From positions 1-64,000 of the IMG/VR virus record IMGVR_UViG_3300030101_003309: 64,000 bases of DNA; one strand, 5' to 3'. This stretch comes from an uncultured virus (IMG/VR IMGVR_UViG_3300030101_003309). Lineage: Duplodnaviria > Heunggongvirae > Uroviricota > Caudoviricetes. Both the position numbers and the translations under genes were made by a program. Below, piece by piece: positions 7,644 through 17,373 of this stretch. The notes under the pieces were generated by a model. That model did not search any database and was not told the origin of the DNA. It saw only the letters and a program-made list of their open reading frames with translations. Numbering within the stretch: the stretch's first letter is position 1; the number at the start of each line of letters is the position of its first letter.

Positions 7644-9453
7644 AATTAAATTTGATCCGCAAAAATATAGACCTGTACCTAATAATGGTCATCCAGAACT
7701 TAACCCAGATTCTGTTGCTTATCAAGAATATTGGGCACGTGAGACTCAAAGGTGTATAGATGGTTTCAAACCAAAAGGTATGAAAAAAATATCGGGCAAA
7801 TATTATTTTTATCTTAATTATTACAAGATATTAGGTAACGATGGTACAAGCGGAAACCGTAAAACACTCATACATCCATGGTATAGATCTATGGATCACG
7901 AATATTTTGACACTATTGAGGTTTGTAAAGATGAAGGTAAAGGTATGATAGTTATAAAAGCCAGAGATAAAGGATTTTCCTATATGAACTCTGGTGCGGT
8001 TGCACACGAGTATACTTTCTTCCCTTTTAACGATGTTGGTGTAGCAGCAGGACTACAAGCTACAGCAGACGCTTTCTTTGACAAAACAAAAAAAGGATTA
8101 AATGGAATACACCCTAATTTTAAGCATTCAGTGTTAAAAGATACCGATGGTATCATGCGTTCTGGATACAAACAAAAAAATAAGGATGGAAAATGGGAAA
8201 TAGGAGGTTATCAATCCACTATTATATGTAGAACAATGGACAATCCAGAAGTATTTAAGGGAGAAAGGGTCTCTCTTATGATTTTTGAAGAAGCTGGAGA
8301 GTTCAAAAAGCTAAAAAATGCCTATATGTCGTCTAAAGCATGTTTTATGGACGGTGATTTACAGTTTGGAGTGCCTATTGTAGGTGGAACAGGTGGTGAT
8401 ATATCAAAAGCTAGTAAAGATTTTATGGATATGTATTATAGTTCAGAAGCATATAACCTAATACCTGTATTTATACCAGCTTCAAAGGCATATTATGGGT
8501 TTTTTGACATACAAACAGGAAAAGAAGATGAAGAAGGCGCAAAACAGAAGCTAATATCTGACAGAGAAGATATACAAAGCTCTGGTGACAACGAAGCGTA
8601 CAATTTACACATACAAAACTACCCACTTACAATAGAAGAGGCATTTTTGAACACGCATTCTGCAAGATTTGATATATCCTTGCTTAACGCACAAAGATCA
8701 AGAATACTTTCTAGTAAAGATCATAGAAGTCAGATACAAAGAGGGTATTTAGATTGGGAATTAGGTGAGCAGGACCCTGTAGTAAGGTGGAGGCCTGACC
8801 CTAACGGTCCATACAAAATATTATCACACCCAAAACCAGAATATAAAAATTTAGACATAGGAGGCATTGACTCTTATGATCAAGATAAAGCTGGAGCGTC
8901 AGAATCTTTGGGTAGTGCAATAATTTATCGTAGATTTGCAAATACCAATATGTCAAGTGATTACGTAGTGGCTGAATATACGGATAGACCTGAAAAAAAA
9001 GAAGATTTTTGGGACGGTTGTCTTAAATTAGCAGTATATTACAACGCAAAAATGTTGGTTGAGTATACGAAAATAGGTATTTTAGATTATTTTAAGCGTA
9101 TGAATGCCTTGAAGTATCTAAAAGAAAAACCAGAGAGCGCACACAACCCTGGCACAAAAACAAGAAACAGGTATGGCGTGCATATGAACAAACAAGTAAA
9201 AGCATTATTAGAGGATCTAATAGATGATTACTTGAGGGAAAGCGCAGAGGACATTTGGTTTTTAGATCTTATTGATGAGTTAGCAAATTATGGTTTACAA
9301 AACACAGACCGTGCTATGGCTTTCGGTTTGTGCCTAATTCACAATATAGACAATTATAGAATGCAGGTTAGAGAAAAAGAAGAAGATATAGTAGACATAG
9401 GACTAAGATATTATAAAATGGGGTATAACGGATTACCTCAACAAATAAATTAA
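7636..9453 (+). CDS. terL: terminase large subunit
   Basis: Walker A-like KARDKGFS, Walker B LMIFEEAG, GGTGG coupling motif, nuclease GGIDSYD and C-terminal DRAMA. Confidence 0.92.
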   Translation: MGKIKFDPQKYRPVPNNGHPELNPDSVAYQEYWARETQRCIDGFKPKGMKKISGKYYFYLNYYKILGNDGTSGNRKTLIHPWYRSMDHEYFDTIEVCKDEGKGMIVIKARDKGFSYMNSGAVAHEYTFFPFNDVGVAAGLQATADAFFDKTKKGLNGIHPNFKHSVLKDTDGIMRSGYKQKNKDGKWEIGGYQSTIICRTMDNPEVFKGERVSLMIFEEAGEFKKLKNAYMSSKACFMDGDLQFGVPIVGGTGGDISKASKDFMDMYYSSEAYNLIPVFIPASKAYYGFFDIQTGKEDEEGAKQKLISDREDIQSSGDNEAYNLHIQNYPLTIEEAFLNTHSARFDISLLNAQRSRILSSKDHRSQIQRGYLDWELGEQDPVVRWRPDPNGPYKILSHPKPEYKNLDIGGIDSYDQDKAGASESLGSAIIYRRFANTNMSSDYVVAEYTDRPEKKEDFWDGCLKLAVYYNAKMLVEYTKIGILDYFKRMNALKYLKEKPESAHNPGTKTRNRYGVHMNKQVKALLEDLIDDYLRESAEDIWFLDLIDELANYGLQNTDRAMAFGLCLIHNIDNYRMQVREKEEDIVDIGLRYYKMGYNGLPQQIN

Positions 9454-9455
9454 AA

Positions 9456-11741
9456 ATGGAGAAAACGTACAAATCAATGCCATCAATGGTGATTGCAGAA
9501 AAAGATAAGACTGAAGATTGGTGTAGGTCTGTATTATTAGCTGTGACGCAATATATGGGACATGAGGGTGGCGAATACCACTCAAGCAGAACAAAAGATA
9601 TTAGAAATTATCAAATTTACAACGGACAGTTGTCGCAAGGAGATTACTCGTATTTAACAGAGCAGTATGGCTTGACATATCCTGCTAGATTGGTAAATTA
9701 CCCTATTATATCGCCCAAAATTGATTTGTTAGTTGGTGAAGAGCTTAGAAGACCTATGGATATAAAAGTTACCACAGTAAACAAATCTGCTGTGTTAAGA
9801 AAACACGATCATAAAGTTGGTATGATGATGCGTAGTTTATTAGAGGACTTTCATAAAGACATGCAAGAGCAAATGAACTTAGATGTACTAATGGAAGGAC
9901 AAGGAATGCCTGTGCCTGAAGATATTGATACATATATGAAATATAACTACCGAGAAATGGTAGAGGAAACCGCGCAAGATGGTTTAGAGTATGTTACAAA
10001 TAGATATAATCTAAAGGATGTAATGAAAGAAGGCTTTAGAGACCTATTAGTAACAGGAAAAGAGTTCTACAAGATTTCTATACAAAATGGAGACCCATAT
10101 GTAAGAAGAGTAGATCCAAGAAATATAGTATATGATGATTCTTTTCATTCAGACTTCTTAGATGATGCAGGTTGGGTTGGGGAAGAAAGATATTTATCTG
10201 TAAATGAAATAAATGACGAATATAAAGATAGTTTGACAACAGACGATCTACTAGAGTTAGATAAAATGCGTAATTTATACGTGGGAGGAGATATGGACAA
10301 CTATAATNNNNNNNNNNATGGAAGAGATAATCGTATAAGAGTAGTTAGTTGTGAGTGGAAATCATTACGTGCTTTGAGATTTAAGGTTTCTGAAAATAAA
10401 TACAATCCAGAAAGACCATTTAGAAAATTAGTACCAGACACTTATAGAAAAAGAAGAGGAGAAGTAATAGAAACTAAATGGGTAGACGATATATGGGAAG
10501 CTACTATGATAGGTGGTAAAATATTGGTAAATGCCAGACGTAGAGATAATCAAGTTAGAAGCGTAGATGATCCAGGTAAAACTCCGCTTTCGTATGTTGG
10601 ATGCATATATGGAAATACAACAGGTAAATCAACATCTATGGTTGATCTTTTAGATAATATACAGATGCTTTATAACATAGTAGTATACCAAATAGAACTT
10701 GCTATGGCTAGATCAGGTGGTAAGGCTGTTGTATATGATGTGTCACAGTTGCCGACTAATGTTGGTATGGACATGTCGCAAGTTTTATATCATTTAAAGA
10801 CAGATGGTATAATACCAATCAATTCAAAAGATGAGGGTAACCAATTACAGTCGTTCAATCAGTTTCAACAAATAGACTTTACATTATCACAGTCAGTTCA
10901 GCAACTTATTAATTTAAAAGTCATGCTAGAAGACATGGCTGGTCAAATATCAGGTGTATCAAGACAAAGAGAGGGTGCTGTAGGACAATACGAGTATGTA
11001 GGTAATGTACAAAGAAGTGTAGTACAAAGCGCAACAATTACTGAAAGCTGGTTTTATTCACATTCTGAATGCAAACAAAGAGTTATGGAAAGAGTTTGTA
11101 ATTTAATGAAGATATGTTGGGCAAACGGAAAAAAGGCTGGTATGATACTAGGCGATGGAGCTTATAAATTTTTAAACGTTATGCCAGACATAGCCCTTCA
11201 AGACTATGGAGTGTACGTTGGAGATAGCGGTAAAGATGATTCTATGAAACAAGTAGTACAACAGTTAGCACAAGCTGCACTGCAAGCTGGATCAATAGAT
11301 ATGTTAGGAGTAGTAAAAGTTTTAAAGGCCGACACTATGACTGAAGCTGAAAAAGTATTACAACAAGCTATGAATGAAATGAAAAAACAACAAGATCTTA
11401 CTGCAGAACAACAAATGCAAGCACAACAAGTAGTAGCTCAAGCTGAACAATCTAAGTTTGAAGCTGAGGCACAACTTAAACAAATGGACAATGAGGCAAA
11501 ACTACAAGTTGCTCAAATAAGTGCAGAGTCAAGAATGCAAGTTGCTAAAATACAAGCTGAAGTTGATAGAGACATACACGATACCAAAGAAAGAAATGAA
11601 GTAAGTAAAAAAGCTGCAGAATATTACATAAATAGAGAAAATAAAATGGAAGATATAAAAAGAGAAGATGACAAAGAACAAAAACGTACACCAGCAAGAA
11701 CATCTTCTGACGATCTTAAAAAAGTAGCAGAAAACTTATAA
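9456..11741 (+). CDS. portal protein
   Basis: follows TerL; NYPIISPKIDLLVGEE, VRRVDPRN, ISGVSRQREG motifs; C-terminal coiled coil; contains a 10-N gap. Confidence 0.88.
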   Translation: MEKTYKSMPSMVIAEKDKTEDWCRSVLLAVTQYMGHEGGEYHSSRTKDIRNYQIYNGQLSQGDYSYLTEQYGLTYPARLVNYPIISPKIDLLVGEELRRPMDIKVTTVNKSAVLRKHDHKVGMMMRSLLEDFHKDMQEQMNLDVLMEGQGMPVPEDIDTYMKYNYREMVEETAQDGLEYVTNRYNLKDVMKEGFRDLLVTGKEFYKISIQNGDPYVRRVDPRNIVYDDSFHSDFLDDAGWVGEERYLSVNEINDEYKDSLTTDDLLELDKMRNLYVGGDMDNYNXXXXGRDNRIRVVSCEWKSLRALRFKVSENKYNPERPFRKLVPDTYRKRRGEVIETKWVDDIWEATMIGGKILVNARRRDNQVRSVDDPGKTPLSYVGCIYGNTTGKSTSMVDLLDNIQMLYNIVVYQIELAMARSGGKAVVYDVSQLPTNVGMDMSQVLYHLKTDGIIPINSKDEGNQLQSFNQFQQIDFTLSQSVQQLINLKVMLEDMAGQISGVSRQREGAVGQYEYVGNVQRSVVQSATITESWFYSHSECKQRVMERVCNLMKICWANGKKAGMILGDGAYKFLNVMPDIALQDYGVYVGDSGKDDSMKQVVQQLAQAALQAGSIDMLGVVKVLKADTMTEAEKVLQQAMNEMKKQQDLTAEQQMQAQQVVAQAEQSKFEAEAQLKQMDNEAKLQVAQISAESRMQVAKIQAEVDRDIHDTKERNEVSKKAAEYYINRENKMEDIKREDDKEQKRTPARTSSDDLKKVAENL

Positions 11742-11744
11742 TAA

Positions 11745-11760
11745 TAATTTTGTATATTTG
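11745..11760 (+). promoter_or_regulatory. tandem Bacteroidota -7 boxes
   Basis: TAATTTTG and TATATTTG upstream of the scaffold gene. Confidence 0.6.
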
Positions 11761-11794
11761 CAAATCAGGGAATATTAATTAAAATAAAATAAAA

Positions 11795-12829
11795 ATGTCA
11801 GAAGAATCAAAATTAGTAGATGAAGTTGTAGAAACACCATCTACAGAAACAACAGAAAGTAAGGAAGTCTTTAATCCGCTAGCCTTTGCAGGTGATGAAG
11901 TTTACAATCCAAATGATGATAAGACAGAGGCAGTAGAAGAAAAACAAGACGAAGTTGAAGAAACAAAAACAGAAGATACAGAACAAGATGATGATGGATT
12001 TTCTTGGGATAAAGTTGAGGTAGATGGGCAAGAGGACACACAAGAAGAAGAGTATGATTGGGACGGTACCGCAGGACAAAAACAAGAAGAAAAACCTGCT
12101 GAAACTGAATTAGATTGGAATAAATTTGGAAAAGAGCTTGGTATAGAAACTGCGTCCAAAGAAGATTTTGTAAACGCAATAAATGCATTACAAAAAAACG
12201 CACAACAAGAGCAAAATCCACAAGCTCAAAAAAATGCTACAGTATCAGATCAGGTAGCTGAATTAAAATCTTATTTAAATTATTCAGACAGAGATTTGGT
12301 AGCAGAAGAATTGAAAGCTGATGGTATAGAGGATTCAGAAATAGAAGAATCTCTTGATAAATTGGAAGATTCTGGTATGATGAAGATGAAAGCAAAAAGC
12401 ATAAGACGTGTTATAAATAATGCTATAGACCAACAAACAACTTATGCACAACAACAAGCACAACAAAACGAAGAACAAAGAAAGCAAGCAGCAGAACAAG
12501 CAAAAAAACAATTGAAAGAACAAATAAAAAACATGAACGAATTCATGGGCGGGAAAGTAACAAAAAAACAGAAGGAAGAAGTATATAGATATGCTACTGG
12601 CGATCTAATGAAAGACATTTACGCAAATCATGCCAATGTTGCTGATGTTGCAATGTTTATGTTATATCGCAAGCAGATTGAAAAAATTCTTCGTTCTCAA
12701 GGTTTAGAAGACGGCAAAGCCGCTATCATGGATAGTATAGTCTCACCAAACCTTAACACTGGAAAGGGCAAATCTAACTTTAAAGTAAAGTCTAGTAAGT
12801 TTGATCCAAAAGCGTTCATGAGCGAGTAA
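11795..12829 (+). CDS. putative capsid scaffolding protein
   Basis: very acidic N-terminus, coiled coil, located between portal and capsid. Confidence 0.7.
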   Translation: MSEESKLVDEVVETPSTETTESKEVFNPLAFAGDEVYNPNDDKTEAVEEKQDEVEETKTEDTEQDDDGFSWDKVEVDGQEDTQEEEYDWDGTAGQKQEEKPAETELDWNKFGKELGIETASKEDFVNAINALQKNAQQEQNPQAQKNATVSDQVAELKSYLNYSDRDLVAEELKADGIEDSEIEESLDKLEDSGMMKMKAKSIRRVINNAIDQQTTYAQQQAQQNEEQRKQAAEQAKKQLKEQIKNMNEFMGGKVTKKQKEEVYRYATGDLMKDIYANHANVADVAMFMLYRKQIEKILRSQGLEDGKAAIMDSIVSPNLNTGKGKSNFKVKSSKFDPKAFMSE

Positions 12830-12913
12830 GCTGAAAAAGAAAAGACAAAGTCTGCTTATAGTTGAAAGTTAATTGAACAAGAAAAAAAATGTTTAATTAA
12901 TAAAATAAAAAAA

Positions 12914-14452
12914 ATGGCAAAATTATTTTCTGGAACTTATGGTTCTGGTACAACGGCAGAGAATGCTTTGAATACAGCCCTAATGCAATACCCAGAGATT
13001 GCAAGAACGCTAATTCAACAGTATCCTCGTTATGCAGCGACTTACCTTTTAGAAAGAACAGGTCGTTTTGCAACAGAGAAAGTCTTAGGTGACAACTCTT
13101 TTGAATGGAAGGTTATGGGAAGATATAACCGTCCAAGTTTTAACGTTGGGTTTTTCTCAACTAATGGAACTTCATTTACAGCTTCTGGATCTGTTACTGC
13201 AACAGGCGGAACAATAGATGATGCAGATGCTAATGGTGATAAGTTCTTCTTAATTATAGAAGGTGACACTGGATCTAATAATAGAACTGGTGACTTCTTA
13301 AATAAATTTGATATGGTAAGATTTCAGTCAGGAGCTACAGCAGTAGTTATAGCTGACCCAATAGCAAACACTTCTTCAAGTGGAGCTTCAACAGATCATA
13401 TCGTACAATTTGAAATGATAGACGCAACAGCTCAAGCTTTATTACCTAGTGATATTGCTGATGAAGCTATAGTAGCATCTATCGGTTCTGCATTCCCTAA
13501 TGGATCAGATGGTGCTGATGTAGGTGAAAATCACATGTATCCTGAAACTCACACTAACTGGTTAACTACAATGCGTAAAAAATGTTCTGTTACAGGTAAA
13601 GACCTTACTGATGTAACTTGGATTGAAAATAATGGTTCAAGATTATGGTACTTTACAAGAGAACAAATGATGATGGATGAGTTTATGTACCAACAAGAAT
13701 TACAAAGATGGTACGGAAGAAAGTCAGTAACTGACACTTCTATTAGAAGACCTAACGCTTATCAAACTGGTCTTTTAGGTACTTCAGGTACACAAGCTAC
13801 TTCTGTAATCACAGGTGATGGTTTATTGGCACAGATTGATTCTGCTAACCAAGCAACATACTCTTACGGTTCTTTAACTGAAGACATCATTACTGAGTTT
13901 ATTGCAAAAATTTCATTAAATACACAATCTGCTGAAGGAAACGAGTTTGTTGTATTTACTGGAACTGAAGGTAGATTAGCATTCCACAGAGCTATGAAAG
14001 ATTTAATCGTTGCGCCTGCGGGCTCGCTTACGGGAGGATCTATGAAAGGTGTTAGTGGTGATGTAGATTTAGGTGCAAACTTTGTATCCTACAGCGCATT
14101 AGGTAATAAGATAACTATTGCTCATTGTCCTGTATTTGATGATCCAAACTTACACTCAGCAGCTGGAGGAACCAATTCATTTGGTGACAACAGATTAAGA
14201 GAATCTGCTAAGATGGTATTCATGGACTTCGGAAGGTCAACTGGTGTGTCTAACGTTGAGTTAATCACAAAAGGTGCTGAAGGAGTTAACAGAAGTATGA
14301 TCAAGAAGTATGTAGCTGGAATGGTGAATCCTTATGACCAAAAAGCAATATTGGCTGCTAACGCTGATGACAAATTTGAGGCACACGTGCTTTCAGAAAC
14401 TGGAATCGTAGTTAGAAACCCATTGTCTTGTGGTATCTTAAGTGCATCGTAA
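12914..14452 (+). CDS. major capsid protein
   Basis: 512 aa, position after scaffold, biased codon use, FEWKVMG and TGDGLLAQI motifs resembling crAss-like capsids. Confidence 0.85.
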   Translation: MAKLFSGTYGSGTTAENALNTALMQYPEIARTLIQQYPRYAATYLLERTGRFATEKVLGDNSFEWKVMGRYNRPSFNVGFFSTNGTSFTASGSVTATGGTIDDADANGDKFFLIIEGDTGSNNRTGDFLNKFDMVRFQSGATAVVIADPIANTSSSGASTDHIVQFEMIDATAQALLPSDIADEAIVASIGSAFPNGSDGADVGENHMYPETHTNWLTTMRKKCSVTGKDLTDVTWIENNGSRLWYFTREQMMMDEFMYQQELQRWYGRKSVTDTSIRRPNAYQTGLLGTSGTQATSVITGDGLLAQIDSANQATYSYGSLTEDIITEFIAKISLNTQSAEGNEFVVFTGTEGRLAFHRAMKDLIVAPAGSLTGGSMKGVSGDVDLGANFVSYSALGNKITIAHCPVFDDPNLHSAAGGTNSFGDNRLRESAKMVFMDFGRSTGVSNVELITKGAEGVNRSMIKKYVAGMVNPYDQKAILAANADDKFEAHVLSETGIVVRNPLSCGILSAS

Positions 14453-14478
14453 TTATTAACCTTTAAAAATTAGAAAAT

Positions 14479-14781
14479 ATGGCAAATAGATGTTTTTTCT
14501 TCGCTGCAGATAGCGCAACTGATATGGTTTGTGTAGACAGCGATAAGATAACTGATATAGAAGTTTCAGATGCAACAACAGTAAACGTTAACTACGGCAC
14601 AAACGCTGGAGGTAACGGTTCTATTATAATTGGCGTTACAAGTGGTAAGGCTGATAACGTTGTAAAAGAAATAGCTAGATTAGTTTTAGCTGGAAGAGGT
14701 GTAATTACTTTGGCAGATGATGTTAATTCTGTATATGGAATTGACGGAGTTGAAGAAGTAGATTCAATTGCACACTCATAA
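14479..14781 (+). CDS. putative capsid auxiliary/structural protein
   Basis: small beta-rich protein directly after MCP. Confidence 0.5.
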   Translation: MANRCFFFAADSATDMVCVDSDKITDIEVSDATTVNVNYGTNAGGNGSIIIGVTSGKADNVVKEIARLVLAGRGVITLADDVNSVYGIDGVEEVDSIAHS

Positions 14782-14790
14782 TTAATTAAC

Positions 14791-14833
14791 GGAGGTCTGT
14801 AGAAGATAGTGCCTTTATACAGGCCTCCTATTT
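14791..14833 (+). terminator. hairpin, possible terminator or processing site
   Basis: GGAGGTCTGTA/TACAGGCCTCC stem followed by TATTT. Confidence 0.45.
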
Positions 14834-14856
14834 ATAAACTTTAAAAATTTAGAAAA

Positions 14857-15354
14857 ATGGCAATAAAATTTGATTTTAACAAACTAAGAACTGCAATTAG
14901 CGGCTTCTTAACTGGTACGGACCTTTCGGGGGGTACTTTAGCTGCTGGAGAACAGGCAGTTCATGTACCAAAAATACGTACTGCGAAAATAGTAGAACCT
15001 TTAACTGGTGATAAAACATTAACTACTGAAGATAGTGGTAAAGTTTTTATACTATCTCAAGCTGCAGCAGATGATATTACAATACCTGCTGTAACAGAAT
15101 CTGGTTGGAACGCTAAGTTTATCTTAGGTACAGCTGGTTCAAACGATGTAGATATCATTGGAGGTACTGCTGATAAAATGGTAGGACTAGAAATGGCTGA
15201 TACGAATACAGCAATCTCTGCTGATTCAGACAAAGTTACTTTCGTTGCATCCAATGCAGGAGTAGGTGACTTCGTTGAAGTTGTTAGTGATGGTTCAAAT
15301 TATTATGTTGTACACGCTTCTGTGGCTGACGCTGGAGCTGCACACAGTGGATAA
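14857..15354 (+). CDS. putative head decoration/fibre protein
   Basis: KTLTTEDSGKVFIL...ITIPA...GDFVEVVSDGSNYYV beta-sandwich pattern. Confidence 0.55.
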   Translation: MAIKFDFNKLRTAISGFLTGTDLSGGTLAAGEQAVHVPKIRTAKIVEPLTGDKTLTTEDSGKVFILSQAAADDITIPAVTESGWNAKFILGTAGSNDVDIIGGTADKMVGLEMADTNTAISADSDKVTFVASNAGVGDFVEVVSDGSNYYVVHASVADAGAAHSG

Positions 15355-15370
15355 TAACAATTAGAGTTTC

Positions 15371-15390
15371 GGGGGAGCTTCGGTTCCCCC
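15371..15390 (+). terminator. GC hairpin with C(UUCG)G loop
   Basis: GGGGGAGC-TTCG-GTTCCCCC after the capsid genes; no clear U tract. Confidence 0.5.
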
Positions 15391-15398
15391 AAAATTCT

Positions 15399-15406
15399 TA
15401 TATTTG
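15399..15406 (+). promoter_or_regulatory. Bacteroidota -7 promoter box
   Basis: TATATTTG 4 nt before ATG 15411 (near-leaderless). Confidence 0.55.
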
Positions 15407-15410
15407 TAAA

Positions 15411-15608
15411 ATGAGAACAAGACTAGTATACAGAGACGGGAAAGTAATAGAGCAAAAAGAAAATAAAATAGAAAAGCCTAAAGGAAAACAAGTATTTTCA
15501 ATAGGAAATAGATCAGGTTTCAAATGGGCAAAACAATCTTCTAATAAAACATGGATTGAGGATGGAAATGTAATTAGAGAAAAAAAGGGAAAAAAAGTAA
15601 ATAATTAA
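15411..15608 (+). CDS. small basic hypothetical protein
   Basis: 65-aa ORF. Confidence 0.6.
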   Translation: MRTRLVYRDGKVIEQKENKIEKPKGKQVFSIGNRSGFKWAKQSSNKTWIEDGNVIREKKGKKVNN

Positions 15609-15636
15609 CAGGGAGTAATAACTAAAAAAAAACAAA

Positions 15637-16416
15637 ATGAAAAAACACATTGTACACATTAAAGCAAGAAAAGCTGGAAAATTCAATTATTGTAAATTTG
15701 GAAACTATAAAGACAAACAAGGTAGAATAATTGAACTAATAGACATCAACGATCAGAAAACAGAAGGATATGAAATGTTTCAGCCATTAGTTTCTTTAGA
15801 TATAACTGAAAAACAAGACAGAAGAGTATATGAATTTTTAAAAAATCATCCACTGATAAATAAATTTATAGTTGACGATATTAGAGCAAATGAAGAAAAA
15901 AATGCAGAAGGAGCGTTAAAAAGTGCAGAAGCTATAACAAAAGCAACTAGTTTATCTATAGCCGCAATGAATGATTTAGCAGTTCTTATGGGCTTAGATC
16001 CTGATATAGACGAAACTATGCTTAGAGCTAAAATAATTCAGTTTGCTAACACAACACCAGAAAAGTTTTTATCATTGACAGATGATATAGATCAAGAGTA
16101 TAGAGTATTCTTAAAGAAAGCTGAAAACAAAAAGGTTTTAACAAGAGTAAATGGTGTATGGAAACATGGATCTTTAAACATAGGATTGTCAGACGATCAA
16201 GCAATTGTTTGGTTAAAAGATAACGCAGACGTATACGCTTTGTTAAGAAGACAATTAAGAACAGGAAAGCCTGCTATAGAAGAAAAAGAAGATCCTATAG
16301 TCGTGGAAACTGAAAATAGAGAAGCACAAACATTTTCAACAAATTTAATAAATGAAATGGAGAACACGACAAAAAAATCAGGAGGTTGGTTTAACTCAAA
16401 AAAAGATAATGCATAA
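15637..16416 (+). CDS. capsid-module protein
   Basis: 259 aa, syntenic with crAss-like genes downstream of MCP. Confidence 0.55.
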   Translation: MKKHIVHIKARKAGKFNYCKFGNYKDKQGRIIELIDINDQKTEGYEMFQPLVSLDITEKQDRRVYEFLKNHPLINKFIVDDIRANEEKNAEGALKSAEAITKATSLSIAAMNDLAVLMGLDPDIDETMLRAKIIQFANTTPEKFLSLTDDIDQEYRVFLKKAENKKVLTRVNGVWKHGSLNIGLSDDQAIVWLKDNADVYALLRRQLRTGKPAIEEKEDPIVVETENREAQTFSTNLINEMENTTKKSGGWFNSKKDNA

Positions 16417-17252
16417 TGGATTTGAATGAAGCCTATAATTATATGGATATGCTTTTAGATAAAGCGGATCAACCATATTTTACAGTAAACGAAAAAAATA
16501 GGTTTCTTGATTTAGCAATATCAGATTTTATAAATAGTCATTATCAAAGAATGGGGGCTGATGAAGATTCAAGAAAAGCTCTTACACCAATAATAGATTA
16601 CGGAAATTACAATATATCTGCAGCTGACATAGTAAGCGGATCTTTTATTTATAATAACAATTATCCAGCATTATCTGAAAAATATACTGAAGCTGCACAC
16701 TTGCTTAGAAGTAATGAGATGCATGATGTGGGTACACAAAAGGATGTAGGTTATTTTATATATGGCAATCAGTTTTTAATGCCAGAAAGACATTTATATA
16801 CGATTACTTGTCAAGTATCTACATACAATTATAATCAAATAATTGATCCATCTACAGGTATGCCTTACAGTGGCGTAACTGAAGCTGATGTAAAAACATC
16901 AGACCTAATAAACGTAGACCTACAGGCTACAGCAGATTTTCACGATCAAAAAGAAAGTCAAGATCCTTTCAATGGATATAAAAATAGAAAAAGTGAATTA
17001 AGTACGCCAGAAATAAGAGCGCATTATGTAGAAAATAGAATTGTATTTACAAATCCTAGGCATATAAGGCAAGTAGTGATGCACGTTATATTTTTACCAA
17101 CATTTACAAATATTTTTTATTATAAAGGTGAAGGAAGTTCTAATTTGCCTAAACGTCCAACATTGTCTGAGCATCATCAAAGACAAATTATTGAATTAGC
17201 TGTAAGCAAAATGACACAAGTAGATGTAGGATTGATGACAGGGCCATCATAA
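16416..17252 (+). CDS. putative tail ring/adaptor protein
   Basis: N-terminal EKNRFLDLAI and C-terminal LSEHHQRQIIELAV helices typical of connector rings. Confidence 0.6.
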   Translation: MDLNEAYNYMDMLLDKADQPYFTVNEKNRFLDLAISDFINSHYQRMGADEDSRKALTPIIDYGNYNISAADIVSGSFIYNNNYPALSEKYTEAAHLLRSNEMHDVGTQKDVGYFIYGNQFLMPERHLYTITCQVSTYNYNQIIDPSTGMPYSGVTEADVKTSDLINVDLQATADFHDQKESQDPFNGYKNRKSELSTPEIRAHYVENRIVFTNPRHIRQVVMHVIFLPTFTNIFYYKGEGSSNLPKRPTLSEHHQRQIIELAVSKMTQVDVGLMTGPS

Positions 17253-17285
17253 AATATAAAAAGTTCTTTTGCTCCCTGCTTCAAG

Positions 17286-17327
17286 AATAGGTTGCGACTA
17301 GAAATAGTCAATGCCTATTTTTGTTTT
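17286..17327 (+). terminator. intrinsic terminator
   Basis: AATAGG/CCTATT with inner GACTA-GAAA-TAGTC, then T tract. Confidence 0.65.
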
Positions 17328-17343
17328 ATAAATAAAAATTAAC

Positions 17344-17351
17344 TAATTTTG
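17344..17351 (+). promoter_or_regulatory. Bacteroidota -7 promoter box
   Basis: TAATTTTG upstream of 17374. Confidence 0.5.
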
Positions 17352-17373
17352 TAATTGTCTAAAACTGCGTCTT

